A stretch of 64,000 nt of DNA from positions 7,760 to 71,759 of the forward strand of contig CAKZZM010000154.1 in the NCBI GenBank assembly GCA_937885465.1. Direction: 5' to 3'. Within the stretch, counting starts at the first letter, position 1. Each line of letters starts with the position of its first letter. This document shows, one piece after another, positions 35,625 through 43,093 of the stretch. The notes beneath the pieces are model-generated. The model saw nothing but the letters and a program-made list of their open reading frames with translations. It did not search any database and was not told where the DNA came from. A program made the translations under genes and the position numbers. Source of the DNA: an uncultured Bacteroidales bacterium (GTDB taxonomy: Bacteria > Bacteroidota > Bacteroidia > Bacteroidales > Paludibacteraceae).

Positions 35625-37376
35625 ATGAAAACGAAACTTATATCCGTCTTTATAAAGTCGGCATATAATGCCGACAAAAGTCTGAACGTTCTCAGACGTT
35701 CTCCACTAAGTCTGAACGTTCTCAGACGTTCTCCACTATATTTAACCGTGGCATTTGCTATTATGCTTGGTTTCCAGAGTTGCGATCTCGAATACTTCCC
35801 TACTGACGAGTTAAATTCGAGTGGTTTTTTAGCAGACGAATCCGGAGCACAATATGTGATTGACGGTTGTTACGCGATGCTCAAGGAGGAATATGCGTAC
35901 ATTGAGTATGCATCAAGTAATACTTATGTTCGTCATTATATGCAGATGGCAGAGTTTCCTGCGGACAATACCTGCTTATCAGGACGTACAACAGACCCTT
36001 TGTTCCAGGCAACATGCTATACTATGACAGACAATTTGAAGAATGTCGGCCTCTTTTGGTGGGTAGGATACAAAGTAATCTTTACGGCTAATACTATCAT
36101 TGAAAGCTATGCAGAGGGGAAATCCCAAGAGTGTGACCAACTACTTGGTGAGGCATATTTCCTACGCGCTATGTGTCACTTCCAATTAGCCACAATCTTC
36201 TCTAAGCCATATAGCCATGGTCGTGATAATCTTGGCATAGTGCTTCGTACAAGCACAAATACCGAAGAGACTCATCGTGCTACTGTTGGCGAGGTATATG
36301 ACCAGGTTGTAAAAGATTTGCAGAAGGCTGCAAGTCTGATGAACAAATCTCGTGGCAATGCAGGCTATGCTTCCAAGAACGCTGCGTTGGGGCTGCTTAG
36401 TCGAGTATATCTCTACATGGAGGAAAACCAAAAGGTGATTGACGTAATTGCCGAGATGGGCGACCCTATTGCTAATCTTGATCCTGACTACGCCACTTAT
36501 TTTGCCAATGCGCTGAAGAGCAAGGAGACCCTCTTCTGCGTAGCGCACACAACTCTTGAAGACCGCGGTCAAGCAAGCATCGGCAGCATGTACAACAACG
36601 ACCCGAATGGTAAAGGATGGGGAGAGGTGTATGCGAGTGATCCTCTACTTAATCTTTATGAACGTTATCCGGACGATATACGTTTAAGTTATATTAAACC
36701 GCAATATGCAGGTAGCAAGAATATGGTATATTTTTCGATACCTGATGCTACAGGATCAAGTGTTGACTTATGGGCTGATGTAAAAGCAGATAGCGAGGGT
36801 AACTACTGCGAGATTGACGGCAACAAGTACCGCATCAATGATGAATTGGTAAATGGTGAATACACTGCGCATTACGTAACGTATGAAGGTAAGAAATGTA
36901 GTGCGCGTCTGACAAAGACGATGACGCAGCGCAATACGTTTCCAAACTATTTTGTAACCAAATTCGGCTATCAGGACGGCAAGCCGCAATTATCCTCGCC
37001 GGTATTCCTGCGTTGGGGTGAGGTTGTGCTTAATCGTGCTGAGGCTAACGCTAAACTGGGTAATGATGATGCCGCCCTTGCAGACGTTAATGCTATACGT
37101 AGGCGTGCCGGTATTCCCGCAGAAGGAGAGTTTGCTGCCGGCAAGATGCATGGCTACACGTCTGTTTTGGATGTCGTGCTTGACGAACGGCGCATGGAGT
37201 TGGCGTTTGAGGGACACCGAATGTTCGATGTATATCGCAACAAACGCAACATGGATCGCCAATTCGGCGGAGTACATCCGTGGGAGATTGTTAAATACGA
37301 TGATCCAAAGATTCAATATCCTATTCCCTATGGTGAGTGGTCTGTTAGCGGAATACAGCAGAACCCGGGATACTAA
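35625..37376 (+). CDS. SusD/RagB family nutrient-binding lipoprotein with a repeat insertion in the signal-peptide n-region
   Basis: Follows SusC by 52 nt. Lipobox MLGFQSCD. TPR-like body with a typical C-terminal region (LDERRMELAFEGHRMFD). ATG at 35625; the ORF-track start 35616 is a TTG. Confidence 0.9.
   Translation: MKTKLISVFIKSAYNADKSLNVLRRSPLSLNVLRRSPLYLTVAFAIMLGFQSCDLEYFPTDELNSSGFLADESGAQYVIDGCYAMLKEEYAYIEYASSNTYVRHYMQMAEFPADNTCLSGRTTDPLFQATCYTMTDNLKNVGLFWWVGYKVIFTANTIIESYAEGKSQECDQLLGEAYFLRAMCHFQLATIFSKPYSHGRDNLGIVLRTSTNTEETHRATVGEVYDQVVKDLQKAASLMNKSRGNAGYASKNAALGLLSRVYLYMEENQKVIDVIAEMGDPIANLDPDYATYFANALKSKETLFCVAHTTLEDRGQASIGSMYNNDPNGKGWGEVYASDPLLNLYERYPDDIRLSYIKPQYAGSKNMVYFSIPDATGSSVDLWADVKADSEGNYCEIDGNKYRINDELVNGEYTAHYVTYEGKKCSARLTKTMTQRNTFPNYFVTKFGYQDGKPQLSSPVFLRWGEVVLNRAEANAKLGNDDAALADVNAIRRRAGIPAEGEFAAGKMHGYTSVLDVVLDERRMELAFEGHRMFDVYRNKRNMDRQFGGVHPWEIVKYDDPKIQYPIPYGEWSVSGIQQNPGY
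35641..35736. repeat. RepD (35644-35675) + two inverted RepA copies (ending 35706 and 35736; period 30) in codons 6-38 of SusD
   Basis: Translated as SVFIKSAYNADKSLNVLRRSPLSLNVLRRSPL. Confidence 0.92.
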
Positions 37377-37461
37377 TCTGTCAGGCTTGCATTAGAGAAT
37401 ACAATAAAGAACAAATATGGTAATTAACCTTTTTGTATTAACCAATTAATTTATCGTTATT

Positions 37462-38418
37462 ATGAAGAAAAGTTTAATTTTTGCAAGTGTTATTGCTATG
37501 GTTGCAATCCTTGCTGCGTCCTGCAAATCCAACGTTGACGCACCAAAAGCTCGTTTCGGCTATTCCGTAGATGAGCTGACTGTAACGTTCCAGAACGTAT
37601 CAAAAGATGCTGATTCTTATGTGTGGGATTTCGGCGATGGTAAAACATCTACAGAGAAAGAACCAACGCACACTTACGCTGATTACGGAGACTATCTCGT
37701 AAAACTTACAGCAACAAATGCCGGCGGTTCACACACCTATTCTGAAGAAATCAGCATTGCCCGCCGTGCTATCAAAATTGATGGCAAGTTTGCGGACTGG
37801 GACAACGACAAATTAGCAACATGTAAAGCTGATGAGAATTCAAAGTACGAGCATCTTTATGTTGCCAAGTTTGCACGTGATGACGAGTTTATCTATTTCT
37901 ACATTGAGTTCAATGGTGGAGAAGACGAATTCGAAGTAAAGAAATATAACGATGACTGGACCGAGGTTATCGCTGTAGAGACTGTTCAAGGACACTATGC
38001 AGAGCAAGTGCAGTTCTACCTGAATTGCGGAGACGAGACAACAGGAGGTAACACCAGTTGGTATTGGGAAGATGCAGCTGCTGACATCTGTCTTGAAGGC
38101 AGATGGCTTGACCAATTTGAGGGAACAACCGTTCATATCTGGCCGGAAGACCAGGCGTTGGTTGATGATTGGTTGTGGGTTGATGCAGGCGTAGTAGGAT
38201 CTACTACATCCTGCAAAGGTGTACAACTTGAGAATGGTCACACCGCCGTTGAGGGTAAGATCTTAATTGGTATGTTGCCGGTTATTCCGACTGATATGTT
38301 GAAGATGGGTGTAAATATCTCTAATCCGGGTTGGGAGCTGGAAGGTATTCTTCCTGAAATTATTGTAGAGGCCGGCATAGAAACACAGCAACCGCTGATT
38401 GAGGTTCCGAAACTCTAA
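37462..38418 (+). CDS. PKD-domain surface lipoprotein (SusE/F-position glycan-binding candidate)
   Basis: Lipobox ILAASC. PKD signature VTFQNVSKDADSYVWDFGDGKTSTEKEPTHTYADYGDYLVKLTATN. Followed by an IKIDGKFADWDN module. Confidence 0.75.
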   Translation: MKKSLIFASVIAMVAILAASCKSNVDAPKARFGYSVDELTVTFQNVSKDADSYVWDFGDGKTSTEKEPTHTYADYGDYLVKLTATNAGGSHTYSEEISIARRAIKIDGKFADWDNDKLATCKADENSKYEHLYVAKFARDDEFIYFYIEFNGGEDEFEVKKYNDDWTEVIAVETVQGHYAEQVQFYLNCGDETTGGNTSWYWEDAAADICLEGRWLDQFEGTTVHIWPEDQALVDDWLWVDAGVVGSTTSCKGVQLENGHTAVEGKILIGMLPVIPTDMLKMGVNISNPGWELEGILPEIIVEAGIETQQPLIEVPKL

Positions 38419-38431
38419 TCTTATTTTCATT

Positions 38432-38460
38432 CGGAAACCGCTCACTCCGAGCGGTTTCCG
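38432..38460 (+). terminator. terminator-like hairpin after the PKD lipoprotein gene
   Basis: CGGAAACCGCTCactccGAGCGGTTTCCG (12-bp stem). No clear T-tract follows. Confidence 0.45.
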
Positions 38461-38475
38461 GATCTATTTAATTTA

Positions 38476-38585
38476 CGAAGCGCTTACGCTACTTAAATTG
38501 TATTTAAATTGTATTTAAATTGTATTTAAATCGTATTTAAATAGCGATAGCGGTACATAGCGTAAGCGGTACATCATACTTCGTT
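38476..38585. repeat. RepE words flanking four tandem 11-nt units (TGTATTTAAAT)
   Basis: CGAAGCGCTTACGCTACTTAAAT(TGTATTTAAAT)x3 CGTATTTAAATAGCGATAGCGGTACATAGCGTAAGCGGTACATCATACTTCG. Confidence 0.85.
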
Positions 38586-38607
38586 TTAACTCATTTAGCA
38601 ATGTATT

Positions 38608-40020
38608 ATGCGCAATCGGATTAATAATTTTCTCATAATATTACTATCGTGCTCATTTTGGGCTTGTAATCCTAATAATCCGGAAACTTCGGATCATGCC
38701 ATGCATCATGACAACCTAACCGTTAGTGATGAGAATTTTTGTAATCCCGAACGGGGATTTCATGTGTTTAAAGAGTTTCAGGGCACTATCCCGTTGCCGG
38801 CGATGGATGTATCAACGGTAAAGACTATTTATAATACAGGTTATTCACTTATATTAACCAATTACTACCTGAAATATTATCGTGATTGTCCTCTCTCAGA
38901 AGCCTATCTCGATGGAGTTCGGGCGAATATGCAGGCACTGCGTGACGGCGGCTGCAAATGTGTACTTCGCTTCGCATATACCGATACAGACGAATATACC
39001 AAGGATAGTTATGCGAAGAACTATGAAGATCCGCGTGAAGCACCTGTTGATGTCATATTGCAACACATTGAGCAGCTTAAACCTATTTTGCAGGAGTACG
39101 TTGACGTTATCTACGCTATGGAAGCAGGATTTGTAGGAGTGTGGGGAGAATGGTATTACACGACGAACTTCAAATCCAATCCCAAAGATGCAGAAGATTA
39201 TGCCGACTACAAGCGCGTGCTTGATGCTTTGTTGGATGCGCTGCCCAAAGAACGTCAGATTTGTGTGCGCACTCCCGCCTTCAAAATGAATTGCTATGGT
39301 TGGTCATTAGCAGACACTATTACTCGTGCCGAGGCATACTCCGGAACACCGAAGTCTCGTTTGGCCGGTCATGACGATGCCTTTATGGCAAATAGTTCGG
39401 ATATGGGTACATTCAAGAGCCCGACTGACCGACAGTATTGGGAGGCGGAGTCAAAATACACTATATACGGCGGTGAATCTAATAAGCCGGGAAGTTATGC
39501 CGGCTGCGAAAATACCTTAGCCCAAATGTTGGCTATGCACATGTCCTATTTGAATATAAGTTACCACAAAACGGTTATTGCTCGTTGGCAAAGCGGAGGC
39601 TGTTTGGAAGATATACGCCGTCAATTGGGATACCGCTTTGAAGGGCGAGATATTGCCTATACCAAAAATCCCAAGGCAGGTGAAGTCTTGGCTGTGAAAT
39701 TATCGGTGGTGAATGTTGGCTACTCTGCTCCGAAGAACCCACGTGACATCGAGTTCCTGCTTATCAACACTGCCGATGCAAAGGACGTATATCGCGTTGT
39801 GCCTGACAGCGATCCACGCTTCTGGTTCACCGATGAGATGCAAACGATAGAGGCTTCGTTTGTGCCAAAGAAAGCAGGCGCGTACAAACTATACCTCAAT
39901 CTGCCCGATCCTCAACCTACGCTACATACCAATCCTCGCTATAGTATCCGTCTCGCTAACACGGACTGCTGGGAAGAAACCACCGGCTACAACTACCTGA
40001 CCACGATTATGGTAGAATAA
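38608..40020 (+). CDS. putative glycoside hydrolase (DUF4874/DUF4832-like TIM-barrel protein), lipoprotein
   Basis: Signal with SFWAC. NPERGFH near the N-terminus and GFVGVWGEWYYT, which I associate with the DUF4874/DUF4832 pair. Located in the PUL. Family recall is uncertain. Confidence 0.6.
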   Translation: MRNRINNFLIILLSCSFWACNPNNPETSDHAMHHDNLTVSDENFCNPERGFHVFKEFQGTIPLPAMDVSTVKTIYNTGYSLILTNYYLKYYRDCPLSEAYLDGVRANMQALRDGGCKCVLRFAYTDTDEYTKDSYAKNYEDPREAPVDVILQHIEQLKPILQEYVDVIYAMEAGFVGVWGEWYYTTNFKSNPKDAEDYADYKRVLDALLDALPKERQICVRTPAFKMNCYGWSLADTITRAEAYSGTPKSRLAGHDDAFMANSSDMGTFKSPTDRQYWEAESKYTIYGGESNKPGSYAGCENTLAQMLAMHMSYLNISYHKTVIARWQSGGCLEDIRRQLGYRFEGRDIAYTKNPKAGEVLAVKLSVVNVGYSAPKNPRDIEFLLINTADAKDVYRVVPDSDPRFWFTDEMQTIEASFVPKKAGAYKLYLNLPDPQPTLHTNPRYSIRLANTDCWEETTGYNYLTTIMVE

Positions 40021-40066
40021 GGACTAACCAAATGACTAAGTGAAATAACTTAAAAATTATCAAGAT

Positions 40067-40939
40067 ATGAAAAATCGTCTTTGGCTCTTGTTTATCCTCA
40101 TCACGGTAGTGACATGGGGTGTATGGGGAGCATTCTCAGGTTATCAGATTCAGCATGGCATACCTGATACGATAGTCTATATCGTTTGGGCATTGTCGAT
40201 GATACCGTGCGCTATTGTTGCGCTGATTATCAACAAGGGTAAGTTCCTTCACGACAAGAAGTCCGCTCTTCTCGGTTGCACCGTTGGTCTGCTTGGTGCC
40301 GGCGGACAGTTAGTGCTATTCAAGGCACTGACGTTGGGTCCCTCATATATCATCTATCCTTTCATCTCGATGTCGCCCGTCATAGTGATAACTCTCGCAG
40401 CGATTTTTCTCAAAGAGAAGGCTACGCGCTGGCAGATAGCAGGAATAGTGGTTGCACTTGTTGCTATTCTTCTGCTCTCGCTTGAGACGGGACAAGAGAA
40501 CAGCCCCGTTAGCGGTTGGCTGTGGATAGTCTTGGCTATAGTAGTGCTAATCGCATGGGGCGTACAAGGCTTCTTTATGAAATTTGCCAACAACTCCATG
40601 GATGCCGAATCGATATTCTGCTGGATGACTCTGACGGCAGTGATTTTGATACCTGTAGCGTATTATATGAACAATGATGCCGCTACATTCATGCAGACGG
40701 AGAACGCAATATCGCAATGTTGGGCTTCGTTCGGAATACAGATACTCAATTCGATAGGTGCACTGACGCTTGTGTATGCATATCGTTATGGGAAGGCTGT
40801 TGTCGTTTCGCCGATGGAAGGACTATCGCCGATGGTAACGGTATTGCTCTCGCTCATCATACTGCAAGTGATACCTAATCCGCTTCAGATTGCAGGTATA
40901 TGCTGCGCTGCGTTTGCAATGTATGCGTTGTCGAAATAA
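40067..40939 (+). CDS. DMT-superfamily (EamA-like) transporter, about 10 TM
   Basis: 290 aa and uniformly hydrophobic, with two similar halves (…LFKALTLGPSYIIYPFISMSPVIVITL… / …LVYAYRYGKAVVVSPMEGLSPMVTVLL…). Confidence 0.78.
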   Translation: MKNRLWLLFILITVVTWGVWGAFSGYQIQHGIPDTIVYIVWALSMIPCAIVALIINKGKFLHDKKSALLGCTVGLLGAGGQLVLFKALTLGPSYIIYPFISMSPVIVITLAAIFLKEKATRWQIAGIVVALVAILLLSLETGQENSPVSGWLWIVLAIVVLIAWGVQGFFMKFANNSMDAESIFCWMTLTAVILIPVAYYMNNDAATFMQTENAISQCWASFGIQILNSIGALTLVYAYRYGKAVVVSPMEGLSPMVTVLLSLIILQVIPNPLQIAGICCAAFAMYALSK

Positions 40940-40955
40940 GTAATTATACAAAATA

Positions 40956-41047
40956 GTGGAAAACGCCTCCGAGCGTTCATATTTCTCGTCTTTATAAAGT
41001 CGGCATTGAATGCCGACATCCGGAGTGGAGAACGTCTCCGAACGTTC
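40956..41047. repeat. RepA (40956, C:G variant) - RepD (40979-41017) - RepA (41025-41047)
   Basis: Read directly. The same A-D-A order occurs at 8358-8449. Confidence 0.95.
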
Positions 41048-41080
41048 AGACTTAATATTAACTCATAAATTATAATCATT

Positions 41081-41701
41081 ATGAAAAAAATTTTACTTTT
41101 TGCTGCTGTGCTTGCAGCCGTTGCTGTTAATGCAAAAGTGATTAATGTTGACCTGAGTGAAGCAACAGAAATGGCATACACCAACTGTTCTGCCACTCCG
41201 ACGTACGCAGATGGCGTTCTCTCCGTAGCATATACGACAGGCAGTTGGGAATGGGCAGGCGTAGAGATTGCCCTTGATAACCTTGATGTTACTTCCGTTG
41301 ACTTTGAATATATGGGAGAGACTGAAGCATGGACAAGTTTTGTCGTTTATCTGCGTGCAGAAGATGGCGCACGTTGGTACGATGATGCGGACGATTTCAG
41401 CATGTCGCATGCCGATTGGTTTAGCAAGACTGAATATGTGCCGACCCGGCTGCTTTGGGATGCATCGGAATACGCTTTAGGCGAAAAACCGTTCATCGCT
41501 CTTGGTTTTATCGCCAACCCGAGTGCCGCTACAACAAGCACTTTTAGTCTCCGCAATGTAAAGCTGACTGTTCCTGGTGATGATGATACGGCTATAGATA
41601 ACGTTCCGGCTCCGGGTAAAGTAACAAAGGTTTTACGTGACGGTACCTGGATGTTCGTCCGCGATGGTAAAACATTTAATGTCCTCGGCGGGCAAATGTA
41701 A
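41081..41701 (+). CDS. small secreted protein with T9SS-like tail
   Basis: Signal peptide MKKILLFAAVLAAVAVNA. Beta-rich body. Tail KVLRDGTWMFVRDGKTFNVLGGQM. Confidence 0.6.
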   Translation: MKKILLFAAVLAAVAVNAKVINVDLSEATEMAYTNCSATPTYADGVLSVAYTTGSWEWAGVEIALDNLDVTSVDFEYMGETEAWTSFVVYLRAEDGARWYDDADDFSMSHADWFSKTEYVPTRLLWDASEYALGEKPFIALGFIANPSAATTSTFSLRNVKLTVPGDDDTAIDNVPAPGKVTKVLRDGTWMFVRDGKTFNVLGGQM

Positions 41702-41770
41702 ACCAAAGTACCTACTTAGCGTAAGCGGTACTTCGTACATAGCACAAGCGGTCACTTCGTACTTAATTTT

Positions 41771-42895
41771 ATGTATCGAGTAAAAATATTACTTTTAGTG
41801 CTTTGTTCAGTGGTGCTTAGCACTATATCTGCTTTAGAACGTTCGGAGACGTTCTCCACTATATCTGCTGCTCCACCGCTTATCTTTAATGGTGATACGC
41901 TGCCGAAGAACACGGATTTTAAGAAGAGTCAGTGCGGCACGTTGAAAACATCTGCCACGATAAGCGAGGTGTCAGGTATTGCATGCTCTCGCCTGACGCC
42001 CGGGTATATATGGATGGAGAGCGATGACTATCGTAATGTCATAGCAACAGACGAAAAAGGGAAGACGCGCTATATGAAACTGCTGTTTCGCGGTCTGCCT
42101 GACAGGTGGGATTGGGAAGATATGTGCGGAGGCGTATATGAGGGAGTAAACTATCTCTTTGTGGGTGCCTTTGGCGATAATAATGAGACAACCGGAAATT
42201 ACTATATTATCTATTTCGAAGAACCGGAGGTGACTTCTTCACAGACGTATATAGTGGATGCCTCGTATATTCATTTTGCCTATCCCGATGGCAAGAAGCA
42301 TAATGCGGAAGCTTTGATGTATGATAATCGTGAGCAAATGCTTTATGTCATAACAAAGGTATATTACGATGTGTGTCAGGTGTTTAGTCTGCCGATGAGT
42401 CATGATTACGGTGAAGAGGAACAGACATTGACATATATTTGTGATTTAGGGTTAAAGTCCGATCTCGGGAGTGACGGGATGCATGGTTTCCATTTAGTGA
42501 CGGCTGCGGATATCTCACCTGATGGCAGGTATATCCTTATCAAGAATCATAATAATAATATTGCCAGTTACTCGTATGTGTTATTGTGGCAAAGGGAAGC
42601 AGATGAGAGCGTGAGCGATGCATTGATGCGCCAGCCTGAGCAGATAGGTTGCTACTCCTACGAGTGGCAGGGTGAGGCGATGTGTTGGCTCGATTCCACC
42701 ACTTTCTATACTACCTCTGACGAAGATTCGGGTGACCCGCCTATCTTTAAGTATGTCAAGACACCGCCGTCGGCGGTTGAAGAAGTGGAGGCATTAGAAG
42801 ATGATAATGCTCGGATAAAGTTGTTGTTTAATAAAGGAAACCTCTATATTCGCAAGAACAACCGACTCTACAGCTTAGATGGTAGAGAGGTTTAA
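41771..42895 (+). CDS. secreted hypothetical protein with T9SS-like tail; RepA inserted in the signal peptide region
   Basis: 374 aa. [36 protein letters not shown]... Tail LLFNKGNLYIRKNNRLYSLDGREV. No confident family. Confidence 0.6.
   Translation: MYRVKILLLVLCSVVLSTISALERSETFSTISAAPPLIFNGDTLPKNTDFKKSQCGTLKTSATISEVSGIACSRLTPGYIWMESDDYRNVIATDEKGKTRYMKLLFRGLPDRWDWEDMCGGVYEGVNYLFVGAFGDNNETTGNYYIIYFEEPEVTSSQTYIVDASYIHFAYPDGKKHNAEALMYDNREQMLYVITKVYYDVCQVFSLPMSHDYGEEEQTLTYICDLGLKSDLGSDGMHGFHLVTAADISPDGRYILIKNHNNNIASYSYVLLWQREADESVSDALMRQPEQIGCYSYEWQGEAMCWLDSTTFYTTSDEDSGDPPIFKYVKTPPSAVEEVEALEDDNARIKLLFNKGNLYIRKNNRLYSLDGREV
41821..41869. repeat. inverted RepA flanked by a 13-bp direct duplication
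   Basis: CACTATATCTGCT (41821-41833) + TTAGAACGTTCGGAGACGTTCTC (41834-41856) + CACTATATCTGCT (41857-41869). Period 36 nt = 12 codons. Confidence 0.9.
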
Positions 42896-42906
42896 TTAGA
42901 ATGTTA

Positions 42907-42988
42907 GTGGAGAACGTCTTAGAACGTTCGGAGACGTTCTCCACTATTTTATCGCGGACGAGCCGTCCGCGTCCCAGACGTTCTCCAC
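42907..42988. repeat. full palindromic RepA (42907-42944) followed by RepF (hairpin GCGGACGagccGTCCGC) ending in a RepA tail
   Basis: GTGGAGAACGTCTTAGAACGTTCGGAGACGTTCTCCAC, then TATTTTATCGCGGACGAGCCGTCCGCGTCCCAGACGTTCTCCAC. The same A-F unit is at 46749-46815. Confidence 0.92.
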
Positions 42989-43093
42989 TATTGTTTTTTA
43001 GGTTGATAAAGTTTAAGTTGATGATTGTGTTTTATTTTTTAGAAGGCTGCTCGATGTGAATCGGGCAGCCTGCGTATTTAAGTGAGAACGTTT

